Positions 27,395-38,632 are shown, counted from the first letter of the stretch. The stretch is 64,000 nt of DNA from Gammaproteobacteria bacterium (GCA_030425295.1 JAUIAT010000001.1:69392-133391); one strand, 5' to 3'. Numbers and translations: made by a program. The notes: generated from the sequence alone by a model not told the origin.

Positions 27395-27895
27395 ATGGGC
27401 TTTTCTTCAATATTCAAGAGTTCAAAAAAAAATGGATATGAATTGCTCGGGGGCTCTGTAGAAAATGTCTTTTCTGATAATGAGTCTGTAAATAATTCAA
27501 AAAGAAATGGATATGAATTAATTGGTGACTCGGAAGAAGATGCTTTTTCTGATGATGGCCCTGTTCATTTTGTTGATGAGAGTATGTCTAAGCTTGTAGA
27601 TAAGGCTTTGAATGATTCTTGTGATCCTAGTGGCTATGTTGGGTGCTGTTTTTCACCTAAAGATTGGTGTGCTGCGATAAACCACAGTTTGAAATCTATT
27701 GCTGAAGAGTTGGGTATAAGCTCAGATAATGACCTTGATAAGTTAGCAGATGAGTTTTCTAAGCAGTTTACGGCTAAGCTGTCTGATAAAAATATTCCAA
27801 AATGCGTTGTCGTTAGTTGTAGAAAGGGGTTGAATATGGTTTTAGCTCAAGATAAAGAAGCTAGACAAGGTGTTTCTCCATCTCTATCTCCTTAG
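27395..27895 (+). CDS. Hypothetical acidic protein with an internal 22-aa duplication
   Basis: The segments KKNGYELLGGSVENVFSDNESV and KRNGYELIGDSEEDAFSDDGPV are duplicated. An A9 homopolymer tract lies in codons 10-13. Confidence 0.4.
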   Translation: MGFSSIFKSSKKNGYELLGGSVENVFSDNESVNNSKRNGYELIGDSEEDAFSDDGPVHFVDESMSKLVDKALNDSCDPSGYVGCCFSPKDWCAAINHSLKSIAEELGISSDNDLDKLADEFSKQFTAKLSDKNIPKCVVVSCRKGLNMVLAQDKEARQGVSPSLSP

Positions 27896-27954
27896 GTAAT
27901 TCTTTACAGTTTGGGGCTTTTTGCGTAGTATGAAAGAAATTTAATCAGCTTTGT

Positions 27955-29160
27955 GTGTGTATTTTGAATCGTTTTTTTGGGGCCTCACTTTTAATAGCCG
28001 GAACTAGTATAGGTGCTGGTATCTTAGCTCTTCCTGTTTCCATGGCTCACGCTGGTTTCGGTCTTTCTTTGTTGATGTTGATCGTTAGCTGGTATGTTTT
28101 CTATATCTGCGGCATTCTTGTGGTTAAAGCCAATCTTTGGTTTCCTGAAGGGACCAATTTCGTTGGGATGGCCCGTAAAATTCTAGGGAAAAGAGGTGAG
28201 GCTTGCACTTGGTTCTTTTATCTTTTATTGCTTTATTCTTTAATCGCAGCTTATTTAACGGGTGCTTCAGACCTGCTAAATCAACTTATATATCCATTGA
28301 TGAAATTTAAGATTCCAAGCTGGCAGGGAAGTTTGATCTGGGTAGCTTTATTAAGTGGCGTTATTTGGCGGGGTCCACACTGGGTTGATTATTTGAACCG
28401 GATATTGTTGTTTGGGCTGATAGCAGGGTATGCATTTTTGTTGGCTATTGCAAGCCCTGAGGTTAAGCCCGTGCTGTTAACTGAAAGGCCTCAAAATAGC
28501 TGGGTGATTTTAATGGCATTACCAGTTTTGGCAACTTCGTTTGGATATCATGTTGTTTTGCCAACCGTTAGGATTTATTTGCGTAGTAATTTTGAATTGC
28601 TTAAGCGCGCAATATTTTTTGGCAGTCTTATTCCTTTGGTCGTTTACGCTTTGTGGAATTTTATGGTTTTTGGCGTGATTCCTGTGACAGGACATAATGG
28701 TTTGGCTGCAATTCACGAAAGTGGCGGTAGTGTTTCTGAATTAATTGATTCATTAAGAAGAATATTGTTTTCAGTTTGGATTATGTCAGCGCTGAAAGTG
28801 TTTGCTTTTTCTGCTCTTGCTAGTTCTTTTTTAGGAGTTGCCACTAGCTTTTTTGATTTTATTGCCGACGGCCTAAAGATTCATAAAAGTAGCCAAGGTA
28901 AAATTGCTTTGATTGTTTTAACATTTGGCCCACCACTTTTATATGCGTTGTTTTTCCCGAAAGGATTTATATTGGCTTTAAGCTATGGCGGTGTTTTTGT
29001 GGCATTCTTGCATTGTATTTTGCCTGCTTTATTGGTGTGGAAGGGATCTGAAAAATTTGGTTCAGAACAGCTTTCAGTTCGCTATAAGTTTAACTTGTCT
29101 CTCATCATGCTTTTTGCTGTTCTAGTGGCTGCAGGTCAGGTGGTATCAAACCTACTGTAG
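27955..29160 (+). CDS. HAAAP-family aromatic amino acid permease (TyrP/Mtr/TnaB-like)
   Basis: It has 11 TM helices and the N-terminal motif GASLLIAGTSIGAGILALP typical of the hydroxy/aromatic amino acid permease family. Confidence 0.75.
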   Translation: MCILNRFFGASLLIAGTSIGAGILALPVSMAHAGFGLSLLMLIVSWYVFYICGILVVKANLWFPEGTNFVGMARKILGKRGEACTWFFYLLLLYSLIAAYLTGASDLLNQLIYPLMKFKIPSWQGSLIWVALLSGVIWRGPHWVDYLNRILLFGLIAGYAFLLAIASPEVKPVLLTERPQNSWVILMALPVLATSFGYHVVLPTVRIYLRSNFELLKRAIFFGSLIPLVVYALWNFMVFGVIPVTGHNGLAAIHESGGSVSELIDSLRRILFSVWIMSALKVFAFSALASSFLGVATSFFDFIADGLKIHKSSQGKIALIVLTFGPPLLYALFFPKGFILALSYGGVFVAFLHCILPALLVWKGSEKFGSEQLSVRYKFNLSLIMLFAVLVAAGQVVSNLL

Positions 29161-29296
29161 AGTTGTCTAAAGTCTGTTTGTAACTGTTATAGCTGAAAAT
29201 TATTAGTATTTTCTTTCTGCAATCTTGGGCATCAGTGAGCTCCTGAGTGAATTCTATGATTTATGGTCTATACTTCTGTATATAAATTAAACAGGA

Positions 29297-29803
29297 GTGC
29301 TTGTTATGGATTTTGTAGAAATGGTCAAAGCGGCCCTTTGTGGATTAGCTTCCATTTTTATCGCGTTTATCTTTTTTGTGATTTATGCTGATATTATTGA
29401 GGTCGTGCCTTTTTATGTGCCTGCTGCAACCACAGTTCATCATAGAGATATTATGGTAGGTGTGGATGTTTCCACAATCTTGATGGTGTTTGGTGCATTT
29501 TGGTCAATCATTTTGGTTGCTCTATTTAAGGATAAGGTGTCACCGCTTAAGGGAGTGTATCTAGGTTTAGCTCTTTGGTTATTCTTAATGGTCGTTTATG
29601 GCCCATTTTTGGGTTGGGGCTTCTTTGGATTTCATGGCGCTGAAGCTTCTTTAACTGAAGCGCAAAAGCTTATGGTTTTTGAAAGTCCTTGGGGTTATAT
29701 GTTTGCGACCTTTGGGATTCATGTGATTTATGGTTTATTCGCAGGGCTGCTGAATAAGCATGTGCTAGATTTGGATAAGTTCAAATCTAACCCAACTTTG
29801 TGA
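29297..29803 (+). CDS. Hypothetical 4-TM membrane protein
   Basis: The call rests on the hydrophobicity pattern only. Confidence 0.4.
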   Translation: MLVMDFVEMVKAALCGLASIFIAFIFFVIYADIIEVVPFYVPAATTVHHRDIMVGVDVSTILMVFGAFWSIILVALFKDKVSPLKGVYLGLALWLFLMVVYGPFLGWGFFGFHGAEASLTEAQKLMVFESPWGYMFATFGIHVIYGLFAGLLNKHVLDLDKFKSNPTL

Positions 29804-29817
29804 TTGATGGTTAGGCT

Positions 29818-30417
29818 CTATAAAACTTCGCGACGCCCAGCTAAGGCTTGAGCCAGTGTTGTTGAGTCTAGGTACTCAAATTCACCTCCATGAGGAATGC
29901 CGTACGCAAGGCGGGAGCATGAAACATGGGGGTGTTTTTTTGTGTTTTGAGAAACATAGTGAGCGGTCGCCTCGCCTTCTGCGGTAGCATGAGTTGCTAC
30001 GATTACTTCTTTTATCTCGCCTTTGCCTAACTTTTCTTGGAACTGATTAAGCCCAAGTTTTTGTGGAGTTATCCCATCAATAGGGGATAAAACACCGTGT
30101 AGTACGAAATAAAGTCCTCTGTAGCGACTTGTTTGCTCAAAGGCAATTACGTCTGCGGGGCTTTGTACTATGCAAATTTGAGATCTATCGCGCTTGGGGT
30201 TTTTGCATAGATTGCATTGTTCATTTTCGCAGAAAATTCTGCAATTATGGCAGTATTGAATTGTTGAAATGCATTTCTCAAGAGCCCTGCTTAGCTTCGA
30301 TCCTTGTTGGCGCCTGCCGGATAGTAGGTGAAAGACCATGCGTTGTGCTGTTTTAGCGCCTACTCCAGGCAGGCATTGGAATGCCTCTATTAATTCTTCT
30401 ATGGCAGGACTTATCAT
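29818..30417 (-). CDS. recR: Recombination protein RecR
   Basis: It has the C4 zinc finger CHNCRIFCENEQCNLC and Toprim-like motifs. The product is 199 aa and the gene follows ybaB. Confidence 0.9.
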   Translation of the reverse strand: MISPAIEELIEAFQCLPGVGAKTAQRMVFHLLSGRRQQGSKLSRALEKCISTIQYCHNCRIFCENEQCNLCKNPKRDRSQICIVQSPADVIAFEQTSRYRGLYFVLHGVLSPIDGITPQKLGLNQFQEKLGKGEIKEVIVATHATAEGEATAHYVSQNTKKHPHVSCSRLAYGIPHGGEFEYLDSTTLAQALAGRREVL

Positions 30418-30441
30418 CCTTGTTGGTCCTCTACGCTAGTT

Positions 30442-30789
30442 TTAATCTTGTTGTTCGCCGCCAAACCCCATTTCTTCTGAAAGGTCTAGCATTTTTTTGC
30501 GGGCTGCTTCGTCAACTTTGCTATTGGCGTCATTAATGGCTGCTGTAACTATATCAAGAATAAAGGTCTTGTCTTCTTTTTCCCATGTGTCTTGGTCGAC
30601 AGTTAGGTTAATTACAGCATGGCGCCCATTTACAGTTGCTTTAGCTAATCCGCCGCCGCTTTCGCCAGTTACTTCAATGCTAGAAACTTCATTGTGAGCT
30701 TTTTGCATTTTTTCCTGAATTTTGGCTGCGCGTTGAGCGATTTCGTTAAGGTCTAAGTTTTTAGGGTTGAATTCTTGTTGGTCAGTCAT
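30442..30789 (-). CDS. ybaB: Nucleoid-associated protein YbaB/EbfC
   Basis: The 115-aa product has the GGGLAKATVNGRHAVINL motif. The ybaB-recR arrangement is conserved. Confidence 0.85.
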   Translation of the reverse strand: MTDQQEFNPKNLDLNEIAQRAAKIQEKMQKAHNEVSSIEVTGESGGGLAKATVNGRHAVINLTVDQDTWEKEDKTFILDIVTAAINDANSKVDEAARKKMLDLSEEMGFGGEQQD

Positions 30790-30971
30790 TGTTTTTTACC
30801 TCTGTTTGTTTAGTGTTGACAGGTAGATGTTTTATTTTTGTAGCATCAATTGTCAATAGACCCTAATTATGGTGAAAAAGTGACTAATTGTCTAGCGGAG
30901 TGTCCTTTTGAGGTGAATTGATAGAAAATTACACTATAATTACAGAATAGCGTTAACTGAGGAGTTTAAAT

Positions 30972-31199
30972 ATGAAAGGATTGGCGTTAACAACAATTGG
31001 TGTATTTGCTTTGTCATTAAGTCTTGTGGGATGTAATGGTAAGGTAACCAAGCAAGATTTGGGTACAGCTGTCGGCGCAATTGCTGGTGGCGTAATAGGC
31101 AGTCAATTCGGTAAAGGTACAGGTAAAACAGTGGCTACAGTGGGTGGTGCTGTTGCTGGTGGTTATATTGGTAAGGAGCTTACTAAAGATAAAAAATAA
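30972..31199 (+). CDS. Glycine-zipper lipoprotein (17-kDa antigen/OsmB-like)
   Basis: It has the lipobox LVGC and GxxxG zippers (GAIAGGVIGSQFGKGTGK...GGAVAGGYIG). Confidence 0.7.
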   Translation: MKGLALTTIGVFALSLSLVGCNGKVTKQDLGTAVGAIAGGVIGSQFGKGTGKTVATVGGAVAGGYIGKELTKDKK

Positions 31200-31217
31200 T
31201 GATTAATAGTCGTTTAT

Positions 31218-31245
31218 AAGGCGCACACATGTGCGCCTTTTTTGT
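31218..31245 (+). terminator. Rho-independent terminator
   Basis: The hairpin ggcgcacacatgtgcgcc is followed by a T-run. Confidence 0.75.
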
Positions 31246-31298
31246 TTCTGCAGTATTGCGCATAACGGTCTAAACGTGTTAATTTATGGCTTCAAAAT

Positions 31299-31373
31299 AG
31301 GCACGTAGCTCAGTGGTAGAGCACCACCTTGACATGGTGGTGGTCGGTGGTTCGATCCCACTCGTGCCTACCA
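31299..31373 (+). tRNA. tRNA-Val (anticodon GAC)
   Basis: Manual fold: acceptor stem AGGCACG/CGTGCCT, U8, D-stem GCTC/GAGC, anticodon stem CCACC/GGTGG with loop TTGACAT, T-loop TTCGATC, and the 3' end encodes A-CCA. Confidence 0.8.
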
Positions 31374-31391
31374 TTCTTTTTTTAATATTGT

Positions 31392-33323
31392 GTGGAGCTT
31401 AAAATGCCAGTTGTAACTTTGCCAGACGGCAAAAAGTTAGAATTTGAAAATACCGTAACTATTGCTGATGTTGCAAAGTCAATTGGTCCAGGACTTTTAA
31501 AGGTTGCTGTTGCTGGTAAAATCAATGGTGAAGAGGCTGATCTTTCTCGCACGATTGAGTCTGATTGTGATTTAAGTATTATTCGCGCCCAAGATCCCGA
31601 AGGTCTAGAAATTATTCGCCACTCTACAGCGCATATTCTTGCGCAAGCTATGAAGCGCTTATATCCTGATGCGCAACTTGCGATTGGACCTGTTATCGAA
31701 GATGGCTTTTATTATGATCTAGATTATAAAGAAACGTTTAGCGAATCTGATCTTGATAAAATTGAAGCTAAAATGCAGGAAATTATAGAAGAAGATTTGC
31801 CTGTTACTCGTCTAACTATGACTATTAGTCAAGCAATTGAGTTTTACAAAGGAATCAATGAGAGCTACAAAGTAGAGATTCTTGAGGGTCTCGAAGACGC
31901 TGACGAAGTAAGTTTTTATCGACAGGGTGAATTTACTGATTTATGTCGTGGCCCGCATATACCTTCAACCGGCGCAATTAAAGCTTTTAAGTTAATGAAG
32001 TTGGCAGGTGCTTATTGGCGTGGCGATTCTGATCGTCCAATGTTGCAGCGCATTTATGGGACTGCTTGGCAAGACAAAAAGGCTCTTAAAAAATATTTGC
32101 ACCGATTGGAAGAGGCGGCAAAAAGAGATCATAGGCTATTGGCAAAGAAAATGGATCTGTTTCATATTCAGGAGGAGTCTCCTGGTATGGCATTTTGGCA
32201 TCCACGAGGTTGGGAGCTGTATAGGAATTTTCAACTTTATTTGCATGGCAAGCTGAAGAAATACGGTTATCAAGAAATTCGCACTCCAGAATTGGTCGAC
32301 AGATCTCTTTGGGAAGCTTCCGGTCACTGGGAAAAGTTTCGTGATGATATGTTTGTGGTCGAGTCTGAAAATCGTGACTATGTCTTGAAGCCAATGAATT
32401 GTCCTTGCCATGTTCAAGTATTTAAGCAAGGTCTCACCAGTTATAGAGATTTGCCAATTAGGTTGGCTGAATTTGGTTCATGTCACCGTAATGAAGCTTC
32501 TGGTACTCTGCATGGTTTGTTTAGAGTCCGTAATTTCGTGCAGGATGATGCGCATATTTTCTGTACTGAAGATCAAATGCTTTCTGAAATAACTGACTTC
32601 ATTAAGTTGTTGCAGGAGGTTTATACAGACTTTGGGTTCGATGACATAATTTTTTATCTCTCAACTCGACCTGAAAAACGCATAGGTTCTGATGAAGTGT
32701 GGGATAAGGCTGAAGGAGCTCTTGCTAAGGCGCTTGAAGCTAATGGGCTTGATTATGAAATTCAGCCTGAAGAAGGTGCTTTTTATGGGCCTAAGGTTGA
32801 GTTTCAGCTAAGAGACTCATTGGGGCGTAAGTGGCAGTGTGGTACAGTACAAATAGATTTCTTTATGCCTGAAAGGTTGGGTGCTTATTATATAAATGAA
32901 GAAGGTGAGAAAGCTTATCCAGTAATGATTCACCGAGCTATTTTTGGTTCGCTTGAGCGTTTCTTGGGTATTCTTTTAGAAGAGTATTCCGGCAATTTGC
33001 CGCTGTGGATTGCGCCAACTCAAGTTGCTGTCTTTAATATTTCTGATGCACAGGCTGATTACTGTAAAGATGTTGTAGCCAAGCTAGAAGAAAATGGTCT
33101 TCGAGTTGAGCTTGATCTTCGTAATGAAAAAATTGGTTACAAAATTCGTGAGCATACAATCAAGCGTGTACCATATTTGCTTGTTATTGGTGATAAAGAA
33201 ATGGCGGCAGGCGAGGTTGCTGTTCGTACACAGTCGGGTGAAGATCTTGGTGTTATGAAATTAGAAGATTTTGTTGCTCGCGCTGTTAAGGAGATTGAAG
33301 TAAAGCATTTTGCAAAGGCTTAA
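31392..33323 (+). CDS. thrS: Threonyl-tRNA synthetase
   Basis: It has the TGS/editing N-domain and class II core motifs. The product is 643 aa and the gene heads the conserved thrS-infC-rpmI-rplT cluster. Confidence 0.95.
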   Translation: MELKMPVVTLPDGKKLEFENTVTIADVAKSIGPGLLKVAVAGKINGEEADLSRTIESDCDLSIIRAQDPEGLEIIRHSTAHILAQAMKRLYPDAQLAIGPVIEDGFYYDLDYKETFSESDLDKIEAKMQEIIEEDLPVTRLTMTISQAIEFYKGINESYKVEILEGLEDADEVSFYRQGEFTDLCRGPHIPSTGAIKAFKLMKLAGAYWRGDSDRPMLQRIYGTAWQDKKALKKYLHRLEEAAKRDHRLLAKKMDLFHIQEESPGMAFWHPRGWELYRNFQLYLHGKLKKYGYQEIRTPELVDRSLWEASGHWEKFRDDMFVVESENRDYVLKPMNCPCHVQVFKQGLTSYRDLPIRLAEFGSCHRNEASGTLHGLFRVRNFVQDDAHIFCTEDQMLSEITDFIKLLQEVYTDFGFDDIIFYLSTRPEKRIGSDEVWDKAEGALAKALEANGLDYEIQPEEGAFYGPKVEFQLRDSLGRKWQCGTVQIDFFMPERLGAYYINEEGEKAYPVMIHRAIFGSLERFLGILLEEYSGNLPLWIAPTQVAVFNISDAQADYCKDVVAKLEENGLRVELDLRNEKIGYKIREHTIKRVPYLLVIGDKEMAAGEVAVRTQSGEDLGVMKLEDFVARAVKEIEVKHFAKA

Positions 33324-33488
33324 CCAAATCTTAAATTATTATATCGAAAGCTTCTTTTAGTGCTTGATTTTTTAGTAAAATCTTGACAAGATAGTCGCAT
33401 TTTCGGATAAAATAAAATCTGACCTGCACTAGAGGTGACTATTTAGATACCCAGTGCGTTTAAATTCGTTAAATTAGGAGTTATTACA

Positions 33489-34010
33489 ATTAGTAAAAAG
33501 CTGCAGAGAACTCGTGTTAATCGCGATATAAGAGTTCCTAACGTTAGATTGATTGATTCAGAAGGTAATCAGCTAGGAATAGTTGAGAGAGATGAAGCTT
33601 TAAGAAAGGCTGAAAATGAAGGGTTAGATCTTGTTGAAGTATCGCCCACTGCCAAACCTCCTGTTTGTCGAATTATGGATTTTGGTAAATTTCGCTTTGA
33701 AGAGCAAAAGCGTATGGCGGCTCAAAAGAAAAAGCAAAAGCAAATCCAAGTTAAAGAAGTAAAGGTTAGACCGCGTATTGAAGATGCTGATTTTCAGGTT
33801 AAAATGCGTAATGTAAGAAGATTTATCGAAGCCGGGGACAAAGTTAAAGTTAGCTTGCGTTTTCGTGGTCGAGAAATGGCTCACCAAGATCTTGGTATGA
33901 ATATTATGGAACGTGTCAAGTCAGAGCTAGGTGAGGAGGCTTCAGTTGAGAGGGAGCCTCGCTTAGAGGGTCGTCAAATCATCATGGTATTGGCGCCACC
34001 TAAAAAATAA
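33489..34010 (+). CDS. infC: Translation initiation factor IF-3, with a probable AUU start
   Basis: The in-frame extension upstream of the listed Met gives [28 protein letters not shown]..., which is the canonical IF3 N-terminus, and begins at the ATT at 33489. An AUU start is the known autoregulatory feature of infC. Confidence 0.85.
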   Translation: MSKKLQRTRVNRDIRVPNVRLIDSEGNQLGIVERDEALRKAENEGLDLVEVSPTAKPPVCRIMDFGKFRFEEQKRMAAQKKKQKQIQVKEVKVRPRIEDADFQVKMRNVRRFIEAGDKVKVSLRFRGREMAHQDLGMNIMERVKSELGEEASVEREPRLEGRQIIMVLAPPKK

Positions 34011-34171
34011 TCCCGCGGAGTGCGAAGCATTATGGCGGTATTTGTGTATTTTTATCACATTTTTCTTATTTCAAGGAAGAGTTTAGTGCTAACAGTAGGT
34101 CCGAAATCACCTGCTGTTGGTTTTGTTGGTGCACATTTGTGCGAAGTTATTTCATTTAAGAGGCATTTATA

Positions 34172-34396
34172 ATGGCAAAAATTAAACAAAAAACGCATAG
34201 CGGAGCTAGTAAGCGTTTTAAGCTTAAAGCTAACGGTCGTGTTAAGCGTAAGCAGGCATACACTAGCCACCTTAACATGGTAAAAAATCCTGACAGAGTG
34301 CGTAGATCTCGTGAAGACGCAGAGATTAATGCTAGTGATTTAAAAGGCATCTATAAGTTGATAGGTGCTCCTAAGAAAAGCAAAAAGAATAAGTAA
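34172..34396 (+). CDS. rpmI: Ribosomal protein L35
   Basis: The product is small and basic, begins MAKIKQKTHSGASKRFK, and is positioned between infC and rplT. Confidence 0.85.
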   Translation: MAKIKQKTHSGASKRFKLKANGRVKRKQAYTSHLNMVKNPDRVRRSREDAEINASDLKGIYKLIGAPKKSKKNK

Positions 34397-34413
34397 GATT
34401 GGAGACATTATAG

Positions 34414-34782
34414 ATGGCTAGAGTTAAACGAGGCGTTACAGCAAGAGCTCGTCATAAAAAAGTATTAAAAGAAGCAAGAGGTTACTACGGCGCTCGTAGT
34501 CGTGCTTACCGTGTTGCTAAGCAGGCAGTAATTAAAGCTGCTCAATATGCTTACCGTGATCGTCGTCAGCGTAAGCGTCAATTCAGACAACTTTGGATCG
34601 CGCGTATTAACGCTGCTGCTCGTATGAACGGTTTGTCATACAGCCGTTTTATGCATGGTTTGAAGTGCGCATCTATTGAGCTTGACCGCAAAGTGTTATC
34701 TGATTTGGCTATTTTTGAAAGTGCAGCATTCTCAGCACTTGCACAAAAAGCTAAAGATGCACTAGCTAAACAAGCTAATTAA
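34414..34782 (+). CDS. rplT: Ribosomal protein L20
   Basis: The product begins [16 protein letters not shown] and is 122 aa. Confidence 0.9.
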   Translation: MARVKRGVTARARHKKVLKEARGYYGARSRAYRVAKQAVIKAAQYAYRDRRQRKRQFRQLWIARINAAARMNGLSYSRFMHGLKCASIELDRKVLSDLAIFESAAFSALAQKAKDALAKQAN

Positions 34783-34937
34783 CCTGAGGCTGCGATTAAT
34801 TTCATTAGTCGCTTTAGTCGAAGGTTATTCCCCTCGGCAGTTAAAGCTGCAGGGGGGATCTCTTAAATACTACGGGGTGTTATTTTCTTATTTTTTTAAA
34901 AGAGATTAGCGCCCCAGCTTTTTTTCTTGGTGAGAAA
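34783..34937 (+). promoter_or_regulatory. Probable pheST leader/attenuator region
   Basis: The intergenic space holds GC-rich stem candidates (cccctcggcag...ctgcagggggg; cggggtg...gcgccccag) followed by T-runs. This is by analogy to the E. coli pheST attenuator; no clear Phe-rich leader ORF was identified. Confidence 0.3.
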
Positions 34938-35933
34938 ATGAAAGAAAAACTCGACGGAATACACAAGGAGTCGCTTGCTGAAATTCAACGGGCTGACAGT
35001 GTTAATGTACTAGATCAATTGCGCGTTAAATATCTTGGTAAGAAAGGGGAGTTAACCACTCTTCTTAAGCAAATTGGTAAATTACCTCCTGAAGAGCGTC
35101 GTCAAACTGGTCAGCTCATCAATGAAGTTAAGCAAAAGGTAAGTTCTGCAATAGATCTTAAAAATTCCGAATTAGTTGAGCTTGAGTTGCAAGCTAGAAT
35201 CGAACAAGAAAAGATTGATGTAACGCTCCCAGGTCGTAAAGCCAGAGTTGGCAGTATTCACCCTGTGAATCTTGTTGCTCAGTCTTTAAAGAAAATTTTT
35301 GCTGGCATGGGTTTCGTGGTTGAAACTGGCCCTGAGATCGAAGACGACTACCATAACTTTGAAGCGCTAAATATCCCTAAATTCCATCCTGCAAGAAGCA
35401 TGCAGGACACTTTATATTTAGATTCTGGTCATGTGCTGAGAACTCACACATCAAATGTGCAGATCCGTACAATGGAAAAGCAAAAGCCACCACTAAAAAT
35501 TATTGCTCCAGGTAAAGTATATCGCCATGATATGGACGCTACTCATACGCCTATGTTTAATCAGCTTGAAGGTCTTTGGGTTGATGAGTCAGTCACTTTC
35601 TCTGATCTTAGAGGGGTGCTGCAAGATTTCTTAGAGAAGTTTTTTGAGACTCAAATAGAATTGCGTTTTAGAGCTTCATTTTTTCCTTTCACTGAGCCTT
35701 CCGCTGAAGTTGATATTAAGCTTGGTAAAAATAGCGACTGGCTGGAAGTATTGGGCTGTGGAATGATTGACCCTAACGTTCTTGAAAGCGTTGGCATTGA
35801 CTCTGATAAATATCAGGGCTTTGCTTTTGGTATTGGTATGGATCGATTGGCCATGTTGAAGTATGGAATTAATGATCTTAGGATAATGTTTGAAAATGAC
35901 GTTGCCCTACTTGAGCAGTTTAGGCAGGGATAA
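34938..35933 (+). CDS. pheS: Phenylalanyl-tRNA synthetase alpha subunit
   Basis: The class II motifs are present and the product is 331 aa. Confidence 0.95.
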   Translation: MKEKLDGIHKESLAEIQRADSVNVLDQLRVKYLGKKGELTTLLKQIGKLPPEERRQTGQLINEVKQKVSSAIDLKNSELVELELQARIEQEKIDVTLPGRKARVGSIHPVNLVAQSLKKIFAGMGFVVETGPEIEDDYHNFEALNIPKFHPARSMQDTLYLDSGHVLRTHTSNVQIRTMEKQKPPLKIIAPGKVYRHDMDATHTPMFNQLEGLWVDESVTFSDLRGVLQDFLEKFFETQIELRFRASFFPFTEPSAEVDIKLGKNSDWLEVLGCGMIDPNVLESVGIDSDKYQGFAFGIGMDRLAMLKYGINDLRIMFENDVALLEQFRQG

Positions 35934-35936
35934 ATT

Positions 35937-38318
35937 ATGAAAGTAAGTTTCAAATGGCTTAAAGAATGGGTTAATACTAAGCAGGATGTTAATTCTTTAT
36001 GTGACCAATTAACTTTTGCTGGCTTAGAGGTAGATGGTGTTGAAGATCAATCTCCAAATTTTACTAAAGTTGTTGTGGGTCAGGTTAAATCGAAAGAGCA
36101 ACATCCAGATGCCGATCGTCTTATTGTTTGTCAGATTGTAACAGACCCTAATGAGCCTGAAAAAACAATCGTCTGTGGTGCTAAAAATGTCTATGAAGGT
36201 ATGGTCGTGCCTGTTGCAGTTCCAGGGGCGCGCATTGGTGATAAGATAAAGATTAAAAAGAGCAAATTAAGAGGTGTTCCTTCTGAAGGTATGCTTTGTG
36301 CTGCTGAAGAGCTAGGTTTGGGATCTGGTACTAAAGGTATAATGGATTTACCAAAAGATGCGCCACTTGGTGCAGACTTTGCAGAGTATATGCAGCTTGG
36401 TGATATGGTCATTGATCTTGATCTTACACCAAATAGAGGAGATTGCTTCAGTATTCAGGGTGTTGCGCGTGAAGTGGCAGCACTTGAAGGATCTGATTTT
36501 ACGCCAGTTGTAATCAAAAAGGTTGCCTCGGTAGGCAGTGAAACTAGAAATATAACTTTAAAAGAAGATGCTTGCTCTAAATATTGCGGTCGTATTATAA
36601 AAAATATTAAAGCTGGAGTTTCTACACCTTTGTGGATGCAGCAGCGCCTTGAGCAGTGCGGCGTGCAGCCGAAGAGTCCAGTTGTAGATATCACAAATTA
36701 TGTGATGCTTGAGTTAGGTCAGCCACTGCATGCTTTCGATTTAAGTAAAATAGAAGGTGATATTCAAGTTCGCTTCGCTAATAGTAGTGAGAAGATTGAG
36801 CTTCTAGATGAATCAGAAATTACTCTTGATGAGAAATCTCTTGTGATTGCTGATGATAAAAAGGCTTTGGCGCTAGCTGGTGTCATGGGTGGGGCAAACT
36901 CCGCTATTAATGATGATACAACAGATATTTTCTTGGAGAGTGCATTTTTTAATCCTGAATCTATAGCGCGTACATCGCAGGCATTTAAAATTATCACTGA
37001 CTCTTCGCAAAGATTTGAACGAGGGGTTGACTGGCAGCTTGCTGATAAGGCTATTGAGCGCGCCACTGAGCTTATTTTAGAGATAGTTGGCGGCGAGCCT
37101 CAAGAAGTTAATATTGCCTCTAGCGATGCTTTGCCAAGCCCTGTAAAGGTAACTCTTGCAAAGGGTAAAGTTAATAAACTTTTAGGGCTGGATATCCCTA
37201 GTGAAAAGTGTGAAGAGTATTTAACTAGATTGCAAATGCAGCCTAAATCAACCGGTGGTTCATGGGAAGTTGGTGTGCCAAGCTTTCGTTTTGATGTCAC
37301 CAGGGGCGTGGATTTGATCGAGGAAATTGCTCGTCTACACGGTTTTAATGAAATCCCCGCATCTATGCCTGAGTCAAGTGTAACTGGTTCTTTAGATGAT
37401 AAAGGTGCTGTTGATTTTGATAAAATTCGCAACTTCTTGGCAACCAATGGTTTTAATGAGGCTATAAACTATTCTTTTACTGATCCTGTTTTGCTTGAAA
37501 AAATTACCGGTAATAGTGATTTTGTGAAGCTTTCAAACCCAGTTACAAATGACATGAGTGTTATGCGCACAAGCCTTTTACCCGGTTTGTTGACTTCAAT
37601 TCAACGTAACCAAGCTAGGCAGCAAGATGATTTAAGGTTGTTTGAAATCGGAAAATGTTACTTTAATGAAGAAGGGTCTGAAAATATTCCATATTTTGAG
37701 CAATATAAGGTTGCTATTGCCTTCACTCAGAAGTACAATCCCGATTCCTGGGGTGAGCCTGTGCGAGAAGTTGATTTTTACGATTTAAAAGGAATGGTAG
37801 AGTCACTAATTGGCTTATCTAGAAAAGAATTTAGGTTTGAAGTTGCAGAGCATGCCGCATTACACCCTGGTAAGTCTGCAGCTGTTTACTTGAAAGATGA
37901 ACTTGTAGGTTTTCTAGGGGAAATACATCCTAAGTTAGCCCGAGATTTATCAATTCAAGGTCCGGTTTTGTTGGCCGAGCTTACTTGGGATTTATTTAAG
38001 GCTTCAAGAAGGCCAAAAATGGAAGACATATCAAAGTATCCAGTTATTAAGCGCGATTTAGCGTTTGTCTCTGATCTGGATGTTGAGTATGGTGTGTTGC
38101 AGGATGCAATGGTCAGAGCTTCGTCGAAGCTATTGAAAAGCATTGAGTTATTTGATATTTATCAAGGAGATAAGGTTGAAAAAGGCAAGAAGAGTTTTGC
38201 CGTTAGGTTATGCTTCCAGCACCCTAATAAAACTTTAGTTGACACTGAGGTTAATCAAATGGTCGATGCAATAATTGAACATTTACAATCACATGGTGCA
38301 ACATTAAGGGGGCCCTAA
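35937..38318 (+). CDS. pheT: Phenylalanyl-tRNA synthetase beta subunit
   Basis: The product is 793 aa with tRNA-binding, B3/B4, B5 and FDX-ACB domains in order. Confidence 0.95.
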   Translation: MKVSFKWLKEWVNTKQDVNSLCDQLTFAGLEVDGVEDQSPNFTKVVVGQVKSKEQHPDADRLIVCQIVTDPNEPEKTIVCGAKNVYEGMVVPVAVPGARIGDKIKIKKSKLRGVPSEGMLCAAEELGLGSGTKGIMDLPKDAPLGADFAEYMQLGDMVIDLDLTPNRGDCFSIQGVAREVAALEGSDFTPVVIKKVASVGSETRNITLKEDACSKYCGRIIKNIKAGVSTPLWMQQRLEQCGVQPKSPVVDITNYVMLELGQPLHAFDLSKIEGDIQVRFANSSEKIELLDESEITLDEKSLVIADDKKALALAGVMGGANSAINDDTTDIFLESAFFNPESIARTSQAFKIITDSSQRFERGVDWQLADKAIERATELILEIVGGEPQEVNIASSDALPSPVKVTLAKGKVNKLLGLDIPSEKCEEYLTRLQMQPKSTGGSWEVGVPSFRFDVTRGVDLIEEIARLHGFNEIPASMPESSVTGSLDDKGAVDFDKIRNFLATNGFNEAINYSFTDPVLLEKITGNSDFVKLSNPVTNDMSVMRTSLLPGLLTSIQRNQARQQDDLRLFEIGKCYFNEEGSENIPYFEQYKVAIAFTQKYNPDSWGEPVREVDFYDLKGMVESLIGLSRKEFRFEVAEHAALHPGKSAAVYLKDELVGFLGEIHPKLARDLSIQGPVLLAELTWDLFKASRRPKMEDISKYPVIKRDLAFVSDLDVEYGVLQDAMVRASSKLLKSIELFDIYQGDKVEKGKKSFAVRLCFQHPNKTLVDTEVNQMVDAIIEHLQSHGATLRGP

Positions 38319-38632
38319 TGGCACTCACGAAAGCTGAGTTAGTAGAAAATCTTTGTAATTCATTAGGCTTAAGTAAGCGTGATAGCAAAGATTTAATTGA
38401 ATATGTTTTTGAAGAAATTGGTCAAGCTTTGGAAAATGGCGAAATGGTCAAGTTATCAGGGTTTGGTAACTTTGTGCTTCGCGACAAAGGTGAAAGACCA
38501 GGAAGAAACCCAAAGACGGGTGAAGAAGTGATGATTTCATCACGACGTGTGGTTACATTCCGCGCGGGCGAGAAATTGAAAAGGAAAGTGGAAGAGTATC
38601 GTGGTACAGAAAAGGAAGAAGCCAAAGGCTAA
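38318..38632 (+). CDS. ihfA: Integration host factor alpha subunit
   Basis: It belongs to the HU/IHF family ([24 protein letters not shown]) and sits in the conserved position after pheT. Confidence 0.9.
   Translation: MALTKAELVENLCNSLGLSKRDSKDLIEYVFEEIGQALENGEMVKLSGFGNFVLRDKGERPGRNPKTGEEVMISSRRVVTFRAGEKLKRKVEEYRGTEKEEAKG

Noticed and set aside
27395..27412. An N-myristoylation motif at MGFSSI (and MGGHAGC at 49902).
   Set aside because: Consensus MGxxx[ST] requires Ser or Thr at position 6. Here position 6 is Ile in the first case and Gly in the second, so it is not supported.
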